Below are positions 1-7,243 of a stretch of 13,034 nucleotides of DNA, piece by piece. Every line of letters starts with the position of its first letter. Position 1 is the first letter of the stretch. The position numbers and the translations under genes were made by a program. The notes under the pieces were generated by a model. The model had not been told where the DNA came from. It ran no database searches and saw only the letters and a program-made list of their open reading frames with translations. Origin of the DNA: a virus (taxonomy: Duplodnaviria > Heunggongvirae > Uroviricota > Caudoviricetes); IMG/VR virus record IMGVR_UViG_638341084_000022. One strand, given 5' to 3'.

Positions 1-243
1 CTTTATCTGCTTCATGGCGGCAACAAGTTCAGAGGCAGGAACAACCTGTTCTCCGGCGGCGACAGCGGTAAGACTTCCTTCCTGGTATTGCTTACGCCAG
101 AGAAATAACTGGCTGGCTGCTACACCATGTTGCCGGGCAACGAGAGAGACCGTCATCCCCGGTTCAAAGCTCTGCTGAACAATTGCGATCTTTTCCTGTG
201 TGGTACGCCGTCTGCGTTTCTCCGGCCCTAAGACATCAATCAT
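1..243 (-). CDS. insC: IS2 OrfA (InsC) transposase N-terminal protein, 5' portion only (3' end outside window)
   Basis: Minus-strand ATG at 243-241. Translation [81 protein letters not shown] is the helix-turn-helix OrfA of IS2 as recalled. The frame is cut by the window edge. Confidence 0.85.
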   Translation of the reverse strand, partial: MIDVLGPEKRRRRTTQEKIAIVQQSFEPGMTVSLVARQHGVAASQLFLWRKQYQEGSLTAVAAGEQVVPASELVAAMKQIK

Positions 244-334
244 CTGTTCTCCAATGACTAGTCTAAAAACTAGTATTAAGACTATCACTTATTTAAGTGA
301 TACTGGTTGTCTGGAGATTCAGGGGGCCAGTCTA
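1..334 (-). mobile_element. IS2 (IS3 family) left end, partial; element continues beyond the window start
   Basis: Reverse complement of 294-334 reads TAGACTGGCCCCCTGAATCTCCAGACAACCAGTATCACTTAA..., which matches the IS2 left terminal inverted repeat as I recall it. It is followed by an orfA-type ORF. Identification is from memory of the IS2 sequence, not a search. Confidence 0.85.
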
Positions 335-814
335 ATTACTTTTTAATCTAAAATTGCTGCAATTAGATTCAATATCTTTATAAAGATGTAATCCTAACCC
401 ATCAATATGTCCGATGCGCGAACCATTTGAATAGAAGCTAATAATACCATCTCCATCTTGCCTAAATCCGGTGTCGTTATCTCCCAGAACAATGGAGTTT
501 TCACCCAGTGCGTTATCAGTAGCACCAATAGCTAGACCTCCTTCAATTTTGGCCCCGTGGCTGACATATATAGCACCTGTTCTTAGATTTATAGCGAATG
601 GCCTTAATGGGCCGATATCACCGTTTTCGCCTTGTCCTTCAGCCGTAGGGATGAAATGAAGGGACTCTTCTGAACGGCGGAAAATAAGACCGAAGGCATC
701 ATTAAAAATTCGCAGCGCATTCATCGTTCCAATTTTCAGTTCTCCGGTCATTTTATCGCCGGAACGCTGAACGGCGTTACCAGCCTTGTTTACCGTTTCC
801 TGTAAACCGAGGTT
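332..814 (-). CDS. phage tail-fibre variable C-terminal segment inside an invertible region; 3' end truncated by IS2
   Basis: The minus-strand frame is open from just below the in-frame TAA at 817-815 (inside the gix site) down to the TAG at 334-332. That TAG is formed by the first three bases of the IS2 terminus. The first ATG is at 751-749. The product is Gly/Asp/Asn-rich with short repeats (GAKIEGGLAIGATDNALGENSIVLGDNDTGF), as in variable C-terminal parts of Mu S / P1 S / e14 Stf-type fibres. Its position next to a gix site and invertase supports this. Family assignment is by eye. Confidence 0.5.
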   Translation of the reverse strand, partial: NLGLQETVNKAGNAVQRSGDKMTGELKIGTMNALRIFNDAFGLIFRRSEESLHFIPTAEGQGENGDIGPLRPFAINLRTGAIYVSHGAKIEGGLAIGATDNALGENSIVLGDNDTGFRQDGDGIISFYSNGSRIGHIDGLGLHLYKDIESNCSNFRLKSN

Positions 815-822
815 TTAGATAA
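797..822. promoter_or_regulatory. gix/cix/pix-type recombination (crossover) site for the adjacent invertase
   Basis: The 26-bp sequence TTCCTGTAAACCGAGGTTTTAGATAA is near-identical to the Gin/Cin/Pin crossover-site consensus as I recall it (TTCCTGTAAACCGAGGTTTTGGATAA), with imperfect dyad symmetry. It lies 55 bp upstream of the invertase start, as gixR does relative to gin in Mu. Confidence 0.75.
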
Positions 823-876
823 TGGCCGTTTCCGGCCTGCATGGCATGATTTGCGCTTTTGGACGGGAGATTCAGT

Positions 877-1467
877 GTGCTGATTGGTTATGTAAGGGTA
901 TCAACAAATGACCAGAATACAGACCTGCAACGAAACGCTCTTGTTTGTGCAGGATGTGAACAAATATTTGAAGATAAATTAAGCGGAACAAAGACAGACC
1001 GACCGGGATTAAAACGCGCTTTAAAGCAGCTTCAAAAAGGTGACACGCTGGTTGTCTGGAAACTGGATCGCCTTGGGCGAAGCATGAAACATCTGATTTC
1101 TCTCGTCGGAGAACTACGGGAGCGAGGGATTAATTTTCGCAGTCTGACCGACAGCATAGATACATCTTCTCCAATGGGGCGTTTTTTCTTCCACGTGATG
1201 GGTGCCCTGGCTGAAATGGAACGTGAATTAATTGTTGAACGTACACTGGCCGGACTGGCGGCAGCGCGCGCACGGGGGCGCACAGGCGGACGTCGACCGA
1301 AGCTGACAAAAGAACAGCATGAGCAAATAGCAAGGCTGATTAAAAACGGTCACGACAGAAAACAACTGGCAATAATTTACAGCATTGGTATATCGACAAT
1401 TTATCGTTACCACCCCGCAGGAGAATCAAGTGGAACAATTGAGAAGAGTAAACAAAATAACCGCTAA
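877..1467 (+). CDS. serine DNA invertase, Gin/Pin/Cin/Hin family
   Basis: Translation from GTG 877 is MLIGYVRVSTNDQNTDLQRNALVCAGCEQIFEDKLSGTKTDRPGLKRALKQLQKGDTLVVWKLDRLGRSMKHLISLVGELRERGINFRSLTDSIDTSSPMGRFFFHVMGALAEMERELIVERTLAGL..., nearly colinear with Gin/Pin as recalled, including the catalytic Ser in the VST motif. A GGGAGA Shine-Dalgarno sits 6 nt upstream of GTG 877. The ORF-track start at TTG 859 is probably too far upstream. Confidence 0.92.
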   Translation: MLIGYVRVSTNDQNTDLQRNALVCAGCEQIFEDKLSGTKTDRPGLKRALKQLQKGDTLVVWKLDRLGRSMKHLISLVGELRERGINFRSLTDSIDTSSPMGRFFFHVMGALAEMERELIVERTLAGLAAARARGRTGGRRPKLTKEQHEQIARLIKNGHDRKQLAIIYSIGISTIYRYHPAGESSGTIEKSKQNNR

Positions 1468-1492
1468 TCTGGCCATTAGCGGTTTTTGTGTT
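1461..1492. terminator. bidirectional intrinsic terminator between the convergent invertase and gpU genes
   Basis: Stem CCGCTAAT (1461-1468), loop CTGGCC, stem ATTAGCGG (1475-1482), followed by TTTTTGTGTT on the plus strand. The minus strand has an A/T-rich tail after the same hairpin. It overlaps the invertase stop codon and lies 4 nt from the gpU stop. Confidence 0.5.
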
Positions 1493-1495
1493 AAA

Positions 1496-1984
1496 TCAGA
1501 ACAGCCCTTTAACGGAGCTGGCCGCGCTGTTAAGGGATGATGTGACCTTATCTTTGAAGCCGGACAGCATATCACTGAACGATGAGGATTGCAGGCGTTC
1601 CCGCAAATCCTCATCGCAGCGTTCAAGAGTCAGTGAAAACTCTATCTTTTTCGCCTTGCCGTAGCGATCAAACTCGGAACGGGTCGTATTCGTTTCAGTC
1701 AGTACATACATGCCGTAAATCTGCCCGACACCATCAATCAGAGGCCAGGGGCGTCCTGTATATGCCTGCGTGGTCAGCAACGAAAGCGACACTTCGCCAC
1801 CTGTAATTTCAGGATAAAGCACGCCGGAAAGCACGATGCGATCATCACCTGCGCCGATATACTGCCAGCTTGCTGAACGGTTAACGCGTTCATTTTTCAC
1901 ATGCCGCCAGCTTTTGTTTTGCTGTAACTGCTGATGCGGCAATGTGCGCAGCTCAAAAACAAACATGCCGTAGATCATCATCAT
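1496..1984 (-). CDS. U: P2 gpU-like tail protein
   Basis: An ORF of about 160 aa immediately downstream of the tape-measure gene, as in the P2 FETUD arrangement. Start is probably the ATG at 1984 (MMMIYGMFVFELRT...), which gives 8-nt spacing from a GAGGAG Shine-Dalgarno that overlaps the T stop. The ORF-track start at 1990 has too short a spacing. Confidence 0.8.
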   Translation of the reverse strand: MMMIYGMFVFELRTLPHQQLQQNKSWRHVKNERVNRSASWQYIGAGDDRIVLSGVLYPEITGGEVSLSLLTTQAYTGRPWPLIDGVGQIYGMYVLTETNTTRSEFDRYGKAKKIEFSLTLERCDEDLRERLQSSSFSDMLSGFKDKVTSSLNSAASSVKGLF

Positions 1985-1996
1985 GGCCATGACTCC

Positions 1997-4819
1997 TCAA
2001 TCTTTATCGTAAAAACTGCCACGCCCGGCACGGGCGCGCCGTTCCATTTCTGCCCTGACCATTTCGCCAATCAGTTTCGCCAGTTCGCGGGGATTCTGTG
2101 TAACAACGTTATGCAGATGAACATGAATTTCACCGCAAAATCCGGAGGCAACAGGCTCCCGGTTACGGGAAGTTGCAGGAACTGATGCCACTGGCGATCG
2201 TATAGCCTCCGCCACCGGGCGGGAGCTGGCCGCAACAACAGGGACCAGCGCCGGAGGCAGCGGAGCCGGAACCACGGGTGTGATAGTAATTGCGGGGGCA
2301 GGCTTACTGACCTGCGCAATCTTCCGCTCCTGCCACTCCCCACGAACAGCAAGTGCGCGGGGCAGGTTCTTAAAGACAATATCGCCGGGGCCAATGCGTT
2401 TTTTCGTCTCATCAACCAGCTTACCTGTGTTATCAGCAATTTTGCTGAGTCTGCGTAGCGTACCGGTATTGTTGTCTGTGAGCGGTTTGTTGTCTCTGGG
2501 TTTATCGCCTTTTTTGTCGTCGACCTTATCTGACGGGGCCGGGCCGGGAGTCCATGGTTTCTGAACCATTTTCTTGAGAACCGGATCCCATTCCCACATT
2601 ACAGGAGCCTTTGAAGCGTTCTCTATTTTCTTTCTCGCCCGTTCCGCTTCATCCGGAAGCACTCCGAGCTTTTCAAGTATCCACGCCAGTGAATCCATCA
2701 ATGCTTTTGTTGGCGTCAGGACAAGCTCTATCGCTCCACCGAGTACCCTGCCGAATACCTCGCCAGCACTGGTACATTTATCCAGCGTTTCCTTGCTGGA
2801 CTCCATCGGTGACAGCAGCGATTTAAACCAGTTAAAGACCTGAATAATCCCATCGCGCACGACATCAAAAACTGGACCGAACCGTTCAAAGGTTTCGCGC
2901 AACGGAGCCAGCCGTTCCATAATCCCACTGAACACCCCTGCATAAAACGCCTTGATGGGTTCCCAGTATTTCCAGATGAGAACCGCCGCAGCCACAAACG
3001 CAGCAGCAATCAATCCGACCGGGCTGAACAGCGCCCCGATAGCGCCCCCCAGTAACGAAACGGAACCCGTCACCATTCCCCATAGTGCTGGCAGGAGCCT
3101 GACAGCATTCATTGATCCGGTCAGGAGGGAAAAGCCAAGACGCAGTTTTGCCAGCGGGCCAGCAAGCACACCAATAGCCAACGACAACGAGCCGACCGTT
3201 GCAGTCATCGCCAGCAATGCCCCACCTGCAATCAGTAGCTGGCGCGTCAGTGCCGGATGGGCCTGCGCCAGCGCCGTCACCTTTGATACCACCCGCGTGA
3301 GCCACTGCGTGACAGAACGCAGCGGACCGTCAATCAGATCTGCAATGCGGATGCGCAACCCTTCCCATGCACTGCCGAGTGATTTCAGATCGCCGTCAAG
3401 GTTGTTGGCCATAACCTTTGCTGTGCGTTCAGCCTCACCGCGCGCGCCTTCAAGTTCTTTTCTCAGTTTGGGTAAGGAGCCGTCACCCGCTGCATCAACG
3501 AGCGCCATAAACGATGTGAAAGCCTCTTCTCCGGCAATGTCCTTAAAGAACGATACCCGGTCAACTTCCCCGTATTTGCGGGTGGCTTTATAAAGGTCGG
3601 CCAGTACATCCTCCATCGGGCGCATTTTGCCGTTCGCGTCAGAGACAGCCACACCCAGCTCTTTCAGCGCCTCTGCTGCCGCCTTTGGCGGTGATGCCAG
3701 ACGAGCCAGGCTGGCACGCATTGCCGTCCCGGCATCACTCCCTCTGATGCCCATATTCGCCAGCACGCCCGCCATCGCAGCGGCCTGCTCCAGCGATATT
3801 CCCAGCTTACCCGCCACCGGACCTGCATATTTCATGGTTTCGCCCAGCGCGCGAAGGTCAGTGTTGGTACGGGTAAACGCCGCTGTAAGCGTGTCGCCAA
3901 CCCGGTCCATCTGGTCAGCAGAGAGGCCGAACTGCGTCAGGATATTTGAGCCAATATCCGCCGTCTCGCCGAGATCCATACCGCCAGCCGTTGCCATGCT
4001 CAGCACGCCGGGAAGCGCAGCCTGAATGGCCTGCGGAGTAAAACCAGCCATTGCAAGAAATGCCTGTCCACTGGCGGCATCTCCAGCGGTGAACTGCGTT
4101 TCAGAGCCAAGTTTTAACGCCTGCTCACGCAGCGCCTTAAACTGTGGGCTGTTTTTGTCGATTCGCGTCAGTGCCTGAACGCGGGACATCTCTTTCCCGA
4201 ACCCAATCGCGGGCTGCAAAAAACGCCCGGCAGCATAGCCGCCCGCCGCTGCCGCACCTGTTGCCAGTGCACCACCTGTTTTCAGTTTTCCCGCGGTTTC
4301 CTGCGCGCGCGAATACCGCTCACGCGCCCGCGTTACACGCGCAAGCGCCTGCCGTTCGCGTTCAAGCTGGTTGTTGTACTGTTCGGTGCGTCTGATGGCC
4401 TGTTGAATGGTGTTATCGCTGCCTGTCAGGGAAATGCCGTGGCGTTTCAGCTCTCCGCCAAGCTCCCGCATTTTCTGAATCTCCCGTGTGCGCGATTCAT
4501 TCAGGCGTTCAAGCCGGGTGCTTAACTGCTGCATCAGCTTTTGTTGTTTTTCGCTGAGCACTGTACCCGTGTGTTGTAACTGATTAAGGGCGTTAAGCTG
4601 GCGTCGAGCTTTCAATATGCCAGCATCCGCTTTACTGACAGCGTCACGGGCGCGCTCAAATGAACGCGCCTGACGCTCGAGATTTTTGATCGCCCCCTGC
4701 GTTCGCTGGATGGAGTCACCAAACTGCCCCATCAGGCGGCGGGCGTTTTCGGCAGGCCGGGTCAGCCTGTCAACGGCGCTGAAAGCGACCCGGATATCAA
4801 GAGTCTTCATTGTCTGCAT
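1997..4819 (-). CDS. T: phage tail tape measure protein (P2 gpT-like)
   Basis: A 940-949 aa ORF with coiled-coil N-terminal part and the conserved central tape-measure region (...LTQFGLSADQMDRVGDTLTAAFTRTNTDLRALGETMKYAGPVAGKLGISLEQAAAMAGVLANMGIRGSDAGTAMRA...). It sits between the chaperone E/E' and U. Start is uncertain: GTG 4846, ATG 4819 or ATG 4810 are all possible, and the 5' end overlaps the end of the E' frame. Confidence 0.9.
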   Translation of the reverse strand: MQTMKTLDIRVAFSAVDRLTRPAENARRLMGQFGDSIQRTQGAIKNLERQARSFERARDAVSKADAGILKARRQLNALNQLQHTGTVLSEKQQKLMQQLSTRLERLNESRTREIQKMRELGGELKRHGISLTGSDNTIQQAIRRTEQYNNQLERERQALARVTRARERYSRAQETAGKLKTGGALATGAAAAGGYAAGRFLQPAIGFGKEMSRVQALTRIDKNSPQFKALREQALKLGSETQFTAGDAASGQAFLAMAGFTPQAIQAALPGVLSMATAGGMDLGETADIGSNILTQFGLSADQMDRVGDTLTAAFTRTNTDLRALGETMKYAGPVAGKLGISLEQAAAMAGVLANMGIRGSDAGTAMRASLARLASPPKAAAEALKELGVAVSDANGKMRPMEDVLADLYKATRKYGEVDRVSFFKDIAGEEAFTSFMALVDAAGDGSLPKLRKELEGARGEAERTAKVMANNLDGDLKSLGSAWEGLRIRIADLIDGPLRSVTQWLTRVVSKVTALAQAHPALTRQLLIAGGALLAMTATVGSLSLAIGVLAGPLAKLRLGFSLLTGSMNAVRLLPALWGMVTGSVSLLGGAIGALFSPVGLIAAAFVAAAVLIWKYWEPIKAFYAGVFSGIMERLAPLRETFERFGPVFDVVRDGIIQVFNWFKSLLSPMESSKETLDKCTSAGEVFGRVLGGAIELVLTPTKALMDSLAWILEKLGVLPDEAERARKKIENASKAPVMWEWDPVLKKMVQKPWTPGPAPSDKVDDKKGDKPRDNKPLTDNNTGTLRRLSKIADNTGKLVDETKKRIGPGDIVFKNLPRALAVRGEWQERKIAQVSKPAPAITITPVVPAPLPPALVPVVAASSRPVAEAIRSPVASVPATSRNREPVASGFCGEIHVHLHNVVTQNPRELAKLIGEMVRAEMERRARAGRGSFYDKD

Positions 4820-5335
4820 TCCCGCTGCGAAGTGCCGCCCGCTCACGCCAGCTAACCACTTCGCCGGGCGTCATCATGAAGATTTCGGCGGGCGACCAGT
4901 TAAAAATAACGGCAATATCCGCCACCAGATCTTCGATGTGCTCAAAGCACACCAGGGTGATTACGCTGCCGTCTCCTGCACGCTCTTCGCGCCAGAGTCT
5001 GGCTCGCTCATAAAATTTACAGCCACAGCGCACAACTGAATAAAATCGCGTGACGACATTTTTTTAATCATCACTTCATCCAGTCGTGGCGAGGTCACGC
5101 GAGGCAACAGCGTGAACATGGTATCCGCTTTCAGATTCAGCACATCAGACAGCGACAGACCACGCAGGGATCCAGCCTGTTCAATAGCCCCGGTGATCTC
5201 CACATACGTGATTTTTTCGCCACCACGCTCAATGGGTCGGGTCAGTTTTACGCCATGTTCGACAGCCATATCCTCACCTGCCGTCACATCATCCGCCACG
5301 GTGTTATTCCGGGTTTCAGTATCGATGTCTTTCAT
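4797..5335 (-). CDS. E': gpE+E' tail assembly chaperone, programmed -1 frameshift fusion product (shift at the A7 tract 5065-5059)
   Basis: The -1 frame relative to E opens immediately after a TAA at 5066-5064 and runs to a stop at 4799-4797, overlapping the T start. The shift site AUU AAA AAA AUG is at codons 91-92 of E. Position between tail tube and tape measure matches the conserved G/GT-type frameshift of tailed phages (P2 E/E'). Confidence 0.55.
4961..5335 (-). CDS. E: gpE-like tail assembly chaperone (zero-frame product)
   Basis: A 124-aa acidic ORF with a strong AAGGAG Shine-Dalgarno upstream of ATG 5335, located between FII and T as in P2. Confidence 0.7.
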   Translation of the reverse strand: MKDIDTETRNNTVADDVTAGEDMAVEHGVKLTRPIERGGEKITYVEITGAIEQAGSLRGLSLSDVLNLKADTMFTLLPRVTSPRLDEVMIKKMSSRDFIQLCAVAVNFMSEPDSGAKSVQETAA

Positions 5336-5390
5336 CAGTTTTCTCCTTTTCAGTCAGAGGCGACGCACTGCGCCGCCTGCATATTACTTA

Positions 5391-5903
5391 TCAGCCAAGC
5401 CCAAGCGCGGAACGGATACGGTCAGGCACAATGTCCTTGCCGTCCTTCCGGTAGATGTGGTTCAACAGGTCGATTTCCCACAGCGGGCGATCGTTAACGC
5501 TCAGCTTGTAGTAGGTGTTTTTGACAGCGTAAGTGTGTGATGTGGCTTCGCCCTGTTTGGCCTCCCCCATATCAATTTCCGTCACACGCCCGCGCATCTC
5601 GATTTCATACAGATCGCTTTCTGCATCGGTGTAGTATTCACCCGCAAAACGCAGCAGCGTGCCGTCAATCGTGCCGCCATATTTAAGGAACAGCGCACGA
5701 ACAGCTCCCCCCATAACAAAACTCGCATCAAGCGCGGAGTCGTCCAGACCGAGATCAATACTTACCGCCCCCATCATGCCACCACCACGATAGCTGTCGG
5801 TTTTGCGCGTCAGTTTGGGCGGCGTGACGGACGTCACCTTACCCACTTCGTTTTCACCATCCACAAACAGCGTAAAAAAGCGAAGATGTTTTGGTACAGC
5901 CAT
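5391..5903 (-). CDS. FII: phage tail tube protein (P2 gpFII-like)
   Basis: A 170-aa ORF (MAVPKHLRFFTLFVDGENEVGKVTSVTPPKLTRKTDSYRGGGMMGAVSIDLGLDD...) that resembles P2 FII as recalled, in both length and motifs. Its start codon overlaps the FI stop (TGATG). Confidence 0.9.
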   Translation of the reverse strand: MAVPKHLRFFTLFVDGENEVGKVTSVTPPKLTRKTDSYRGGGMMGAVSIDLGLDDSALDASFVMGGAVRALFLKYGGTIDGTLLRFAGEYYTDAESDLYEIEMRGRVTEIDMGEAKQGEATSHTYAVKNTYYKLSVNDRPLWEIDLLNHIYRKDGKDIVPDRIRSALGLG

Positions 5904-7087
5904 CAGGCACCTCCCAGCACCGCAAATGCGGGACCAAAGAATTCATCAGTAAACGACTGGTAAAGCTCCATGTCTTCCAGCGGCGGAACGGGCGTATATT
6001 TGTAGCGAATACGCACACGCCCCTGACGTAAATTCGTGGTGCTGTTATCCACGATGTCATACCAGCACTCCGCGCCAATCAGTTTCCCGGCAGTAACCAG
6101 TGAATCCAGTTTTGCCCTGATGGCACTGATAACATCCTTCACGTTCGCAGGCGTCAGTGGACTGTCGATGGTTTCAAACTGCGCTTCCGCAATTGAATCA
6201 GCCAGCACCTGTGCGGTTCGGGTATACACCTCAAAAATGTAGGCGTTCGTTTCCGGTGTGCGGTTGCCCCAGAAGCGGAACCCGTTGCGACGAATAATGG
6301 TCGTGATTTCTTTGTTGTTGAGGCTGTTGGCATCGCTGTCTTCGGCCTGCAACGACCAGAACACATGCCTCGACATCCCCAGCACATTTTTAACCGGAAC
6401 GTTGGACAGCGATTTGTGCCAGCCCTGCTCATGGTCAATGTACGCACGAAGGCCGCACGCATAAGCAGGCGCGGGGAACGTTTCGTTTTCGCCACTTTTC
6501 GGGTTGTAGGCGATGAAGTCCGGCCATAAGAGCATCACTTCACGTTCGTTGAATTTCTGGCGGTAGGTAATCGCTTCAGCCATCGTGTTACAGCCGTGAC
6601 ATGAGGCATACACAAATGCGCGCAGTTTACCCGCAATCACGCACAGGGATTTTGTCACCGCCTCCGTGTCCAGCTCCGGCGCGGCCAGAATACGCGGACG
6701 GTATCCGATGCTTTCATCCTGCTCTGCAACAAGCAGCGCATACATCCCCGTATAGCTGCCGTCATCCTCAGAACCACCGATAACCAGTTGATCCTGCGTC
6801 TTTCCGTCTTCTTCTTTGTGTTCAGCCACGCGAACGACGATCACCTTTGTGCTCACCTGGTCTGCGATGGCCTTAAGCGCACGATAAAGCGTCCCCGTTG
6901 TTCCGCATTTTCCCAGCACGTCATTGACGCGGGTCAGCAGTGTGGGCTTGTTCAGCGGGAACAGCTTCGCGTCCGCATCATCCGCCGTTGCCACGATACC
7001 GATAACGCTGGAATCAACATCGTTAATCGCTGTTACCAGGTCGGTATTTTCCGTAACACGGGCACCATGAAAACGAGTTTCACTCAT
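5903..7087 (-). CDS. FI: phage contractile tail sheath protein (P2 gpFI-like)
   Basis: A 394-aa ORF with motifs I recall from P2 FI (...KLRAFVYASCHG..., ...WPDFIAYNP..., ...GWHKSLSNVPV..., ...IRRNGFRFWGNRT..., ...YKYTPVPPLEDM...). Confidence 0.92.
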   Translation of the reverse strand: MSETRFHGARVTENTDLVTAINDVDSSVIGIVATADDADAKLFPLNKPTLLTRVNDVLGKCGTTGTLYRALKAIADQVSTKVIVVRVAEHKEEDGKTQDQLVIGGSEDDGSYTGMYALLVAEQDESIGYRPRILAAPELDTEAVTKSLCVIAGKLRAFVYASCHGCNTMAEAITYRQKFNEREVMLLWPDFIAYNPKSGENETFPAPAYACGLRAYIDHEQGWHKSLSNVPVKNVLGMSRHVFWSLQAEDSDANSLNNKEITTIIRRNGFRFWGNRTPETNAYIFEVYTRTAQVLADSIAEAQFETIDSPLTPANVKDVISAIRAKLDSLVTAGKLIGAECWYDIVDNSTTNLRQGRVRIRYKYTPVPPLEDMELYQSFTDEFFGPAFAVLGGA

Positions 7088-7243
7088 AGCTTCAGCCCCT
7101 TGTATCCGTTAAATGATTCGGCAACAATCATCACCCACCACGCGCGTAATCTCACCCCTGCGCCGTTCTCCCGACCCGGCGACAACAAAAAGCAGTAACC
7201 CCCTCCGCACGCACATGCGACCATGCCGCACAGGGAGGGAAAG

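Noticed and set aside
471-659. 62-aa plus-strand ORF inside the tail-fibre segment
   Set aside because: It lies antisense to the fibre-like ORF and has no ribosome-binding site, so it is likely spurious.
859-876. ORF-track start of the invertase at TTG 859 (MDGRFSV...)
   Set aside because: The invertase family starts at MLIGYVRVS as recalled, and GTG 877 has a GGGAGA Shine-Dalgarno at proper spacing. The upstream extension is probably not translated.
1032-1413. Three minus-strand ORFs (83, 67, 61 aa) antisense to the invertase gene
   Set aside because: Antisense shadow ORFs within a strongly supported CDS. They have no ribosome-binding sites and low-complexity Arg/Ser/Pro-rich products.
2952-3593. 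213-aa plus-strand ORF (and other ORFs at 2071-2439, 2280-2564, 2574-2843, 2886-3305, 3627-4025, 4144-4395) inside the tape-measure gene
   Set aside because: All overlap the well-supported 949-aa tape-measure ORF on the opposite strand or in alternative frames. Their Ala/Ser/Pro/Arg-rich composition is typical of shadow ORFs in GC-rich coding DNA, and none has a convincing ribosome-binding site.
6788-7198. 136-aa plus-strand ORF overlapping the FI 5' end and the FI/D intergenic region
   Set aside because: It is mostly antisense to the tail sheath gene. The divergent promoter region is better explained by FI and D starts with their own Shine-Dalgarno sequences.
7088-7243. Search for a P2 late-promoter Ogr-binding dyad (TGT-N12-ACA) upstream of FI or D
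   Set aside because: No exact TGT-N12-ACA element was found by manual scan of the intergenic region. Late-promoter assignment is therefore not claimed.
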